Shown piece after piece: positions 1 to 11,349 of a stretch of 41,815 nt of DNA. Numbering within the stretch: position 1 is the first letter of the stretch; each line of letters begins with the position of its first letter. Origin of the DNA: Chiloscyllium plagiosum. Taxonomy: Eukaryota. The translations under genes were made by a program, and so were the position numbers. The stretch spans positions 10,175,084-10,216,898 of the forward strand of contig NC_057750.1 in NCBI RefSeq assembly GCF_004010195.1. Reading direction: 5' to 3'. The notes under the pieces are model-generated. The model was not told where the DNA came from and did no database searches. It saw only the letters and a program-made list of their open reading frames with translations.

Positions 1-100
1 CGTGGGGAACAGGGGGAGCACGTGGGGAGGGGGGGGACACATGGGGAGAGGGGGCACATGGGGTGGGGCGGAGGGTGGGCACGTGGGGAACAGGGGGAGA
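1..100 (+). repeat. G-rich degenerate tandem repeat (~20-nt unit GGGGAGAGGGGGGCACAT/CGT)
   Basis: Repeated cacgtgggga/cacatggggg units with G4-G9 runs at the window start. Confidence 0.75.
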
Positions 101-189
101 GTGAGTTATGAGTAAAGAGAGCAGGGTGTTAAAACAAAAAAGGAGGGATAAATGGGCAAGGAGGTTAACTCAAGTGGGTGGGTATCTAA

Positions 190-390
190 GGATACAGGGT
201 ATGCCATTGGAGACAGATGAGAAAATCCTTCACCCAGAGCTTGGTGATCCTGTGGAATTGTCTGTTATAGAAAACAATTGAGGCCAAAACATTGTATGGT
301 GTAAAAAAAAATGGGTTGGGTATAGCATTTGGGGCTAAAGGGATCAAAAGATCTGGGAGAAAAGCAGGGACTGGCTGTTGAGTTGGATGA
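190..390 (+). mobile_element. Decayed CR1-type LINE 3' fragment
   Basis: ttcacccagag...tgtggaatt motif resembles the CR1 ORF2 C-terminus (FFTQRVV..WN) seen intact at 27870. Confidence 0.55.
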
Positions 391-393
391 TGA

Positions 394-489
394 GAGAGCT
401 GAAAAATGTGGTGTTGGAAAAGCGCAGCAGGTCAGGCAGCGTCCAAGGAGCAGGAGAATCGACGTTTCGGGCATGAGCCTTTCTTCAGC
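394..489 (-). mobile_element. Penelope-derived short element with hammerhead core (stem I missing)
   Basis: Minus strand reads CTGAAGA-A-AGGC-TCAT-GCCC-GAAA-CGTC-GATT; same family as copies at 23941, 28065, 35636, 36282. Confidence 0.75.
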
Positions 490-1302
490 AAGAGAGGGTG
501 AGGAAAGGGCTGCCATTTTTCTTGGAGAGAGGGTGGGGGATGCTGCTCTGTTTATTGGAGGCAGAATGTGGGTGAAGAGATTGTGGAGTTACCTTTTCTA
601 GGGAAGGAGGAAAAGGAAGGGGAATAAGCTCTCTTAACTCGGGGATGTAGGAGGTGTGCTCGAGTTGTCCTAGCTTTAGGGGAGTTTAGCAACATAGCCA
701 CAGTGCTTACATTTCTACCATTTATAGGTGTACCTTGTGCTGCAGTTATTTGAAGCTGGGAGCAGTGTTAGCGATGCATTGAGTAATCTTTTGTCGGCTC
801 TGATTCTATATAGTAACCACATGACATGCTGAGCAGTATTTCCTCTAAGACCCACGTGTGTGAGTACACCGTGATGTTCTGTGCACAGTGATTGGTGTCG
901 GTATGTTGATCGTGACGTTGACTTACAATTTTAAAAGTGCACAAGTTTTGGAGGTGCATGCAGCCATTAAGAAAATTAGGGAATGTGGTGCTGAGCCACT
1001 TAAGGGTATTCAGTCAGAGCTACTTAGTTGGTACATGAGTCTGTTGGTGGTGGAGTTCCCTTCCCTGAAGAGCGACAGTTAATAGGTTAAATTTAACTGA
1101 TCATCCTTGAAACAGGATCATAAAACGTTTCAGATTTATTGAATGTCACAGCTTGCCATAGTTGATTTTGAGTTCATGATCTCTGATTTGGGTTGAGCAC
1201 TGTGACATTTTCCCTAATTAAATTAGTGACAACTATGAAACTGACTTTCGTTGTGTTTTGTTTCTCTCAGCTTTGAATTCTAGTTAGTCCAAGGGTAGAG
1301 CC

Positions 1303-1375
1303 ATGTCTGTTCAAGAGGCCCGTCCAAACCACACTATCTACATCAACAATCTGAATGAGAAGATCAAGAAAGATG
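1303..1375 (+). CDS. SNRPA: U1 snRNP protein A, coding exon 1 ([25 protein letters not shown])
   Basis: Manual translation matches the U1A N-terminus/RNP2; 73 nt, phase 1; donor is GCAAGT. Confidence 0.95.
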
Positions 1376-1659
1376 GCAAGTATTCGGGAGTCGTTCTGGG
1401 TCAGCAATGTGTTGGGGTGAGGCAATAAATGCTGGTCCAGTCAACAATGTGTATTTACCATAAATGAATTTTAACATCTATTCCTTATCCCTCACGTTTG
1501 TTTAGATTCTTAAAGCAGATTTCCATCAACTATCCCTGTGGTGGCAAATTCTGGCAATTCACAACTTAAATTTTTCCCAACCCCTCTTTTTAATTATTAA
1601 TAAGTAGCATACATGATCACTTGTTTTGGAGTGCTCAATGATTGTATACAATGTCTTGT

Positions 1660-1865
1660 TATAGAGTCCTTGCCCGTCTGTGGCACAGAAACCGATCCTT
1701 TGGCCCAACTCTTCCATGCCGACCAAGTTTTCCAAACTCAACTAGTCCTATTTGCCCATATTCCCCTCAACCTTTCCTATTTATGTACCTGTCCTCTGGC
1801 AGTTCAATCCATGTACAAACTACCCTATGTGTAAAAAGTTGCCCCTCAGATCTCTTTTAAATCCA
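1660..1865 (-). mobile_element. CR1 LINE 3' end fragment
   Basis: Similar to CR1 tails at 11350, 25830 and (reverse complement) 28500-28725. Confidence 0.7.
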
Positions 1866-2347
1866 ACTGTTGTCCATTTTGTTGAATTTCTTTCAAATGA
1901 TAAAGATTATAATGTTAAAAATGCCATCTCCTAAACTTTCCCTTCAGTTTCATAGAGAAAAGAGCTCCAGTCTGTTCAGTCTTTCCTAAAGCAAACATAT
2001 CAATTACAGCGGATAGGCCACTCAACTCTTCCAGTCTGTTCTACATTTCAGTAAGATCATAGGTGATCTGATAACTCCACTTTGCTCACTCATAATATTC
2101 TGTCTCCAGATATGGTCTCCCCAATGCCTTGTATAACTGAATTATACCCTCCTATGTTTTGTAATTATAAGTAAATCTTATTTGAACTCTCTGTGGTGTT
2201 CTTGTTATAAGTTGACTGGGCTGTGCACAATATGACATCGCGAGTGTACCACTACTTTCTTTCAAGCACATTTACTAAACATTCATGAACTTGAATTGTG
2301 GTTTCAAGTTCATGTTCAGGTCTGGCTGCAATTATACTTGTGGCTAG

Positions 2348-2599
<252 letters not shown>

Positions 2600-2697
2600 T
2601 AACATGACATTAGTGTTTGTGCTTCTTGCCTGATCTGTGTTCCACTGCAGTTAGGCGATGACTGATCTGAGCATGATGAATTTGTAATCCAGAGATG

Positions 2698-2746
2698 GGC
2701 TATTTGGTCCTACAGCTCAGGCTATTTGGTCCTACAGTTCAGGCTA
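2698..2746. repeat. 22-bp tandem duplication (GGCTATTTGGTCCTACAGYTCA x2)
   Basis: Two copies differing by one base. Confidence 0.85.
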
Positions 2747-3244
2747 AATGTTGTGTTTCATGAGAGTCTACTGGTCAGGAAAAAAAATTACATTCCAGGC
2801 AGGGCAGTTCTGATTTTGCTCATTTGTGTATCTATTCATTAGGGCAAATTCAGGAGTACCGAATCTCAAACCATCACAGCAAGATATGTTGTGGGCGAAA
2901 AGGATGATTAGTTGTCTTGTCCCTATAGTAAAAGTTGTTGTGTTACGCATGAAATTTGGCTGCCTGGTACTTGTGTTGATGAATTCAAGATGGAAATCTT
3001 TGGCATTGGGTTTCTCTCTTCCGCAGTATTCTAATTCTGTACAGCTGGAAAACTCTGTTGTGTGAAGGATTTCTTTTTGGCTGAAAAGCAGCTTAAAAGT
3101 CTCTCTCTCTGCAACTGTAGAGGCCAGTCAAATCTAATGTTCTGTATATTAGTTTTTTATGTTTTCTACACGCTCTCATGGGGTAACCTTTGTGGAAATA
3201 ACACATGAAGTTTCAGTGATGTGACACTTTCCCCTTGTCCACAG

Positions 3245-3412
3245 CGGATTCAATACGCAAAGACTGATTCCGATATTATTGCCAAGATGAAGGGCACCTA
3301 TGTGGAACGTGACCGGAAGAAGGAGAAGAGGAAAGTAAAGGCACCCGAGCCTTCTGGTAACAAGAAGGCTTCAGCACCCCCGACAGCTAACGCAGTTCCC
3401 CCTCCTGTCTCA
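3245..3412 (+). CDS. SNRPA: SNRPA coding exon 3 ([30 protein letters not shown]...PPPVS)
   Basis: ccacag acceptor, GTATGT donor, 168 nt; helix C and the basic homodimer/PAP-regulatory segment. Confidence 0.96.
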
Positions 3413-3447
3413 GTATGTATGATTTGTCTCTGGACTGCTTTTGTAGA

Positions 3448-3611
3448 AGGAGAGGACTGCAGATGCTGGAGATGAGTCAAGAAGCGTGGTGCTGGAAAAG
3501 CACAGCCAGTCAGGAAGTGTCCAAGAAGCAGTAGAGTCGGCATTTTGAGCTTATGCTCGAAACGTTGACTCTCCTGCTCCTTGGCTGTGCTTTTCCAGCA
3601 CCACGCTTTTT
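3448..3611. mobile_element. Palindromic Penelope-derived short element with 15-bp TSD
   Basis: GACTGCTTTTGTAGA at 3433-3447 and 3612-3626; arms gtggtgctggaaaagcacagcc / ggctgtgcttttccagcaccac. Confidence 0.85.
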
Positions 3612-4662
3612 GACTGCTTTTGTAGAGAACTACATCTGTGTGCAAATTGAATGGAAATGAAGTAACCTTTCCTTAATCAGGGAAGGGGAATAGCACATAT
3701 TTGGTGAGTTCTGAGACCTTTATGTCAATCTGCAGTCCTTCCTACTAATTTAATTTGAGGTGTTTTCATTTACTGTTGCGCTCAACCAACTAAGCGAGGG
3801 CATCCAGGTCAGCTGGTATTTGGTGTCCTGTCTACTTCCTGTTCTCTCTCACTTTCCAAATGAATTTTACTTGAGCCAACTGATATGTTGAAAATTGGTT
3901 ATGAGGAACATTCCCTACTAGATTTTTGGGCTTCACTAGTCTTTCTATGACAACATTCTGTTTAATCTTTCCAATTAAATAAATCTGTCTTACTGTTAAC
4001 TTTTTTTGTTAATTTTTTTGGGATTGGTTTTCCCATCTGTACAAGAGAAGCCAAAGTTAATCCAAACATTAGTTTGCCAGGTTTTCATTTGGCCCTGCTT
4101 TCCTTTTTTACTGTTGTGGTTCCTCCCATCCCCTGGGTCAGTCGCTGGCGACAGAAATTTGTGGTTGGGAGAACGAAGGAGAGAACTGGGGGGTAGTTTC
4201 AGCGTTTAAATAGAATGCCCCTTAGCTCAATCAGTGACTATCTTCAGTTCCATGGAATCCCTGCTGTTTGACCCCAAACATTGTCAAACTCCATTTTTCA
4301 CTCTACTTTCAGTCTTGCCTTTCGACTCCTTTGTTGTTGAGATTTACATTAAAGACATTTTCAAGATTTAACAGTCTTACTGAAACATAGACCCTGAGGG
4401 GATTTGGTAGGTTTGATTCTGAAAAGCTGTTTCTCCTTGTGAACAGACTGGATCTAGGCGATATAGTTTACTTTTGTGTCTCACTTAAGTCAGCAAGGTG
4501 ATGTCTGCTAAGATTTAATTCACTCTCTTTTGACTTTTGTGAAAATTCTCTGCAACATGCTGAGTGTCAACAGCAATTGCAGTTGGTTCTTGACCATTGT
4601 GTCGAATTCATTGACTGGTTCCATAAAGCATTGTATGTTTATTTGGTGTTTGTTTGTCCTAG

Positions 4663-4836
4663 GGCATGCCCATGATGAGCCAAGCCCCACGGATGATGCC
4701 AATGCCAGGACAGCCTCACTACATGCCCCCACCAGGGATGATGCCACCACCTGGTATGGCCCCTGGACAGATGCCACCAGGTTCCATCCCTCCTGGCCAG
4801 ATGATGGCTGGACAAATGCCACCACCAGCTCAGACA
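4663..4836 (+). CDS. SNRPA: SNRPA coding exon 4 (Pro/Met/Gly-rich linker)
   Basis: cctag acceptor, GTAAGT donor, 174 nt; [31 protein letters not shown] matches the U1A linker. Confidence 0.95.
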
Positions 4837-5381
4837 GTAAGTATTTGGTTGATAAGGTAGCTGAAATGATGTTAGAGCTGTTGTTGTACTCCTCCCTCTA
4901 GTAATTGTAATCAACTGGATGAAAGCTTGCTAGCTTCCTCCTGAATACTCAAGAAAAGTGCTTGGTTCATGGGTACCCTTGTTGCCCAAGAAACTCTGTC
5001 CTCTATGGGATTTGTAATTGGTGAGTTAGGTGAAATGATTGGGCTGTGGTTTATTGTTGCTACCAGTATCTCTTAGCAATTCAGTGGCTAGCAGCTGCTG
5101 AACTGAATCAGGGTGTAGCTTTCAGAGCACAACAATTAGGAACATAGGGAGAGGAACTAGGCCATCTGTCCCTCAAGCCTGTTCCACCATTCATTAGATC
5201 ATGGCTAATCCATCTCAATGTCAACTTCCTGCATTCTCCCCATATCCCTTGATGCTTTTAATATGTAGTGTATGAATCACTCTGTATTGGGTATAGAGAG
5301 AATTGCATATGGTGCCTCTCTTTGGGACCAAGTGATATGTATATGTGCTGCTGGTAATTGAGTGACACGAGGGGTTGGTAA

Positions 5382-5549
<168 letters not shown>

Positions 5550-5629
5550 TAAGTATGAAGGAGTGGGAATCTTGACTCTTGGAATGGGGGGTTGATACTG
5601 AGCAAAGATGCTGCTCGGGGCTGGAGTAA

Positions 5630-8220
5630 GTAACAATCATGTCAAGCAATAACCATCTCCCATAAAAGACAATCTAATCAACGCCACTTGACATTCATTG
5701 GTATTCCATCATCGAATCCCTGGTTATCTACATCCTTTCAGTTACCATTGACCAGAAACTCAACTGAACACAACATATAAACCTACTGCTGCAAGTGCAG
5801 GTCAAAGGCTAGGAATCCTACTTCCTGACTCCCCAAAGCCTGTCAACCATGTACAAGTTAGAAGTGTGAAGGAATACTACTCACTTGCCCAGATGGATAT
5901 TGCTCAAACGGCATTCGAAGCTTGATACAGTTGAGGACTGGACTTGAATAAAGCATTTGATAAATTTCAAAATGGTAGACTAGTGAAGTTAGATCACATG
6001 GGATTCAGGGTGAGCTAGCCAATTGGATACAAAATTGTTTTTACGGCAGGAGACAGAGGGTAGTGATGACGGGTTTTTTTTTTACCTAGAGGCCTGTGAC
6101 CAGCAGTGTTCCACAGTGATTGGTATTTGAATCCACTTGTGATTTTTAAAAAATGATTTGGATGAGAAATTTTTAGATAAAATTTTGGTTGAGTTTGGAA
6201 GGTGCTGTTTTAAGGATCTTCAGTGAATTTCGGCAGTGCATTGTGTAGATATTAGACACTGCTCCAACTGATTGACAGTGGTGGTGGGAGTGGATGCTTG
6301 TCAACATGATGCCAATCAAGTATTTAGATAAAATCTCAGATGACCTTTCTCACTGTCCACTGTACCACTAATTTAGGTTCATCAGCAAACATACTAACCA
6401 AGATTACAAAGTGATCTTGATCAGTTGGACCAACTGGCTGAAAAGTGGTAGATGGAGCTTAATTTTGATAAATGTGAGATGTTACATTTTAGTGAAACAA
6501 ACAAAGGCAGGACTTTTATAAATAATGATAGGGCCCTAGGTAGTTATGTAGAAGAGAGGCGTAGGGGTTTGGGTGCATAATTCTTTGAAATTTGAGTCAC
6601 ATGTAGACATGGTGATTTCAGATTGTTTAGTATGTTTGACGTCATTGCTCAGACCTTTTGAGTATAGGAGTTAGGGCATCATGTTGAGGGTTTAAAGGAT
6701 GTTGGTGTGTCCAGTTCTAGTCATCCTGAACAGGAAGGATGATATTAAATTGGAGTGTGTTTAGAAAAGATTTACCAGGATGTTGCTGAGATTGTAGGTT
6801 GAGTTATAAAAATGGGTTGGATAGGCTGGGATATTTTCACTCGAGTATAGGAGGTTGAGGACCTTGGAGGTTTATAAAATAACGAGGGGCATGGGTAAAG
6901 TGAATAGCAAAGATCTTTTCCCAAATGTGGGGCAGTTCAAACTCTGGACATATGTTTAAGGTGAGAGGAGAAAAATTTTAGAAGGATATAAAGTGCAACT
7001 TGTTTTGGTTTTGTGTGGAATGAACCGCCAGAGAAAAGTGGTGGATGTGGGTTCAGTTACATTGTTTAAAAGATATTTGGATAAGTTCATGAATAGGAAA
7101 GGTTTGGATCGATAAGGGCCAAACTCGGGCAGTTAGGACTAGTTTGGGAACATGGTCAGCATGGAATAGTTGGACCAAAAGTCCCATTTCCATGTTGTAT
7201 GACCCTATGGCAAAGCAGCCTGCTTGATTGGCACCATGATGACAAGCATCCACTCCCACCACCATTGACAATCAGTTGCAGCAGTGTCTAATATGTACAT
7301 GATGCACTGCCAAAATTTACTGCAGATCCTTAAAACAATACCATCCAAACCCACAACCACTTGTACCTGAAAGTTTAAGGGCAGCCAGTTTATTGGGATA
7401 CTATCACCTGCAAGTTCCCCTCCAAGCCTCTTACCATCCTGGTTTGGCAATATATCACTGCCATTGTGTTAAAGCATTCTTCTTACACCCCCCCCCCACC
7501 ACCACCTACCCCCAAAACAATGGTGGTCTCTCTACAGCAGTTCAAGGAGGCAGCTGCCACCACCTCCAAAGAATTGGGGTTATGCAATAAAAGCGTGAAT
7601 AAATAATTTTATAGAATTATTTCAACTTTTTGTTCTCCATACTGTGTGGTCTGGTTAGGGAGTATATTCTGTGAAGATCTAATTTCCTGAGTGAGCAGTG
7701 GATTTATCCCACTGCCATTGGTTTGTTGGGAAGGGTGATGAGTTTCACTGTAAGCTCTCTGGCTTCTGGGAACAGTTGCATGTTGCTCAAACCTGGAGAA
7801 ATAGGGTTAAAGGTCAACCTTCCAAAAACAGCGCAAACCTCTTTGGGTGGGGGCATTAATATATTGGTTAAGAACCACTCAGTCTCATGTAGTGTAAACC
7901 CTTTTTAAGTTCATGGGATGTGGCTGTCATTGACAAGAGTGCCACCTGTCTCTAATTTACCTTGAAGGTGATGAGCCACTGCCTTGAACTGCTGCAGTGC
8001 ACGTCATTGAGATACTTCACAATGATGTTAGGGAGAGGGTTCCAGTATTCCAGTGGGGGAGCGCCAACATAGTTTCAAATCAGGGTGGTATGTGGTTTGG
8101 GGGGGCACTTGAGGGAGTGCTGTTGCCACATATTGCTACCTTTGTCCTTCTGGATTGCAGAGGCCACTGGTTTGGAAGATGCTGTTGAAGGAACCTTAGT
8201 GAATTTAATACCTGTGACAA
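5630..8220. mobile_element. Cluster of decayed CR1/L2-clade LINE fragments in SNRPA intron 5 (both orientations)
   Basis: RT remnants (aaagcatttgataaa = KAFDK, ~5950; tttaccaggatgttgc = FTRML, ~6770), CR1 tail ending ~7205, second LINE tail 7210-7600 (+) and 7910-8220 (-). Confidence 0.8.
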
Positions 8221-8255
8221 GCACTTATCACAAGTTGGTCGGGAAGGTACACTCT

Positions 8256-8879
8256 TTAAGTTGTAAGTTTGCTCGCTGAGCTGGCAGGTTTGTTTTCAGA
8301 CATTTCATCACCATGCTAGCTAACATCAGTGAGCTTCCAGTGAATTGATGGTGTTCTGTCTGTTTTAGGGCCTTGAGACCCTATACCAACAACCAGCAAA
8401 ATGAATGTCATTTACAAAATACCCTGTAAGAACTGTAACAAACACTACAGCAGACAGGCAGTCAGAAAACTAGCCACCAAGATACACAAACACCAACTAG
8501 CCACCAAATGTCATGACCCACTATCATTAATACCCTTGCATTCAGACGAGGGAGAATACTGCTTCGACTGGGACGACACCCATCCTAGGACAGGCTAAAC
8601 AGAGGTTTGCATGGGAATTCCTCGAGGCCTGGCATTCAAACTGGAACTCCCATCAATAAGCACATCGATTTGGACCCTATTTACCAACCTCCTGAGAAAA
8701 GGAACCGGAAATGATATCCCCCATTTTAAAATACTAAGACGCACAAATAGAAACTGGACAGAACATCAGTGCTTCACCAGAAGCTCACTGTTACCTAGCA
8801 TGGTGATGAAATGTCTGAGAACAAACCTGCCAGCTTGGTGAACAAACTTCCAACCTGAGCTACAAATCTCAAAAATCGC
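8256..8879 (+). mobile_element. Truncated Penelope-like element: GIY-YIG endonuclease remnant between inverted pLTR copies, 11-bp TSD
   Basis: ORF 8401 NVIYKIPCKNCNKHY..Q..RKLATKI..H fits the PLE GIY-YIG pattern; arms ~8260-8357 and ~8761-8855 are reverse complements; AGGTACACTCT at 8245-8255 and 8880-8890. Confidence 0.9.
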
Positions 8880-8942
8880 AGGTACACTCTGCTTCAAACC
8901 CCCCAACCATGTGCTGATCAGACTTTCTCTGTATTTCCTCAG

Positions 8943-9102
8943 ATTCCCTGGATTTAAGGAAGTCCGTCTGGTACCTGGTCGTCATGACATTGCCTTTGTG
9001 GAATTTGATAATGAGGTCCAGGCTGGGGCAGCACGTGATGCGCTTCAGGGATTCAAGATCACACAGTCGAATGCAATGAAAATCTCCTTTGCAAAGAAAT
9101 GA
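8943..9102 (+). CDS. SNRPA: SNRPA coding exon 6 ([21 protein letters not shown]...KISFAKK*)
   Basis: ttcctcag acceptor, 160 nt including TGA; spliced CDS totals 837 nt = 278 aa + stop. Confidence 0.97.
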
Positions 9103-9214
9103 GGGGTCAGGATGATTGAACTGGTTATTTCTGGCTTTATTTTCAAAAGCTGTTTTGTTTTTTTTAAAATTGTGGGTAATTGGCCTGTATTAGATTTTTA
9201 AAGTTCTGATGCTT

Positions 9215-9223
9215 CAGGTAAGT
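9215..9223 (+). promoter_or_regulatory. U1 snRNP-binding site (5' splice-site-like CAGGTAAGT) in SNRPA 3'UTR
   Basis: Perfect 9-nt donor consensus 112 nt after the stop; a 3'UTR U1 site is described for human U1A. Confidence 0.7.
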
Positions 9224-9521
9224 GTTAAGTGAGCAGACTCGTTGGCTTTGCCCTGCCCATTGGATCACTGTTCATGCCCAGGTGATGGATTCTCCCCCTT
9301 GTCCTATTCCTGGGTCCATCAAATTAAAATTAATTCATTTGCCCTTTTTTAATAATGTCAGAAAGCAAATTATGGCCTCCTCCTAATGAGAGAAGAATGA
9401 ATTCTAAATCTCCATTTATGTTATTACTTGGCATTTGGCTGGCCCTGTTTGGCTACATTTTTGCGTGAATGTGTCTGACAGGCTGAGGCAAGCAACAGTT
9501 TGGTTTAATCACACGGTGTAA

Positions 9522-9568
9522 GAAAGCTCTTCACCCAGAGTCTCCGTGACATTGCACCTGGAGCTTTC
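9522..9568 (+). promoter_or_regulatory. U1A polyadenylation inhibition element (PIE)-like hairpin
   Basis: GAAAGC-TCTTCAC-CCAG-A-GTC-TCCGT-GAC-ATTGCAC-CTGG-A-GCTTTC aligns stem for stem with the human PIE as recalled; ends 21 nt before AATAAA. Confidence 0.9.
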
Positions 9569-9589
9569 AAACTTTACTGAAACAACACA

Positions 9590-9595
9590 AATAAA
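9590..9595 (+). terminator. SNRPA poly(A) signal AATAAA
   Basis: Canonical hexamer just after the PIE, followed by T-rich sequence. Confidence 0.85.
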
Positions 9596-11349
9596 TTTTT
9601 TTTATATAACTGCTGAGTAGAATGTTTATTTATCACAACTACACTCTCATGTTACAGGACTATGGAGCTTGTTTGTTTGCCCTTTTCAACTCTAGGATCT
9701 GCCACTGAGGTGAACAAAATACATGGGAAAAGGCCATTTGACTTAGCTGAACTATGCTGTCTATACTCTACTCAAACCTTGTTGGAGGTAATAAATATTA
9801 TGTAAAACAAAATAGTCAGGAGACGAGACCTTGAGTAGTTAAATAGATTTTCTTGGCCATGGGGAATCACATCTTCGTTTGGAGAAGTCCAACGCAATTC
9901 TAAAAAAATACAGAATGTTACGAATTCCATAGAAAATACAAGCTCACTGCCCCTAATTACACGCCCTTTGCCATAAAGGATATTTTGCTGTAAGGTTTCT
10001 AGCCAGCCAGTGTAGTGAGAACAATTCTGCTCTGATAAGACTGACCTTGCAGCTGCAAGATGTTCCACAGATGTCTTAGCTCTATCCCAGAGAATGATGC
10101 ATTGTTTCTCTCTGTCCCTTTATTGGTAATTAAAGCCTAGTTAATCCTGGAGTATAACATTCAGTTTTATAGACATAAAGAAACGTAGATCTGGAAATTG
10201 TATGGGAACTTTGACTGCCCCTAGGGTATGTAATTATGGGCAGTGAGCTTGAATTTTCTATATAACTTGTCACATTCTGTATTTCTTTGGAATTGTGTTA
10301 GACTTCTCTGAACGAAGATGTGATTTCCCCATGGCCACGATGAAGTGAGTTAATTGCTCAAGGTCTTGTCTCCTGACTGTTTTAAACGATTTGCGTAAGA
10401 TTTATTTTGAGTCCAGTTTTTCAGGATTGTGAAGAAGGATAACTGGGCTCAATATTAAGTCTGTTTTTCTCTTCACAGGTGCCGCCAGAGCTGTTGAGTT
10501 TCTCCAGTGACTTTTTTTTTAATGCTTCAGATCTTCACTGTCCACAGTTCTTTGTTCTCTAAACTCGTTGGGGTTGGTTTTGTTGAGTGATTTATCCACT
10601 GGGGGATATAGCAATAAAAATTCACATTGCTGAGTGTTCTGGCTGGACAGTGGTAGTCCCCATTACTGAATATTCCAGATATGTTAATTGATAGCTGCTG
10701 TGGAGTTATTTGAACCTCTGACCCCAGAGCTTTAAACAGGCTTCTGCATTGCCAGTGCAGTGATATTCAAGTTGAAGTGATGCACCAGTAAAGTAAGGGT
10801 TTGGGGAGGAAATGGCAAGTGGACTTGAGGTTCAGCACCAGCTTTTATACCTCCATGTATTGAGCATGGTCTGCAGCTGACTTAATCAGTTTTTTTTTTA
10901 TAGCATTAAGACACTTGGGTTGCAGTACTAGTTCAAATGCCCCTCTAATGGAGTACTGTACTTAGTCTAATAAGGCCAGTACATTTGCATTTGCTTCGAC
11001 TAATTAGGAAATGGGTGAGCACGTTGGGAGTTCAGAATGTTACTGTGTGAAGTATGATTCTCAGACCAGTAGATTTTTTTTAACCAGCATTGAGTTAGTT
11101 TGCATGCTATTGGTGTTTGTCTCTCCTGACTGAAGTAAACGCTAGTGTCTTTTTCTACACCAATCCTGACACTTTTACTCTGGTCTGAATAGTTATTGGT
11201 GCATGTTGCTAATTGAAGTGGGATTTCAATGAAACATTGGACAGGGAAGAAACTTGCACATGGGACTTTGCTTCATAAACGGCCTTGTCTGGTTAGCAGT
11301 GTGTGGGCGATCTTGAGCTGTTCTGCAACCTTGACCAACAACAGCCAAT

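Noticed and set aside
4520..4914. Overlapping and antisense ORFs over SNRPA exon 4
   Set aside because: By-products of Pro/Met/Gly codon composition
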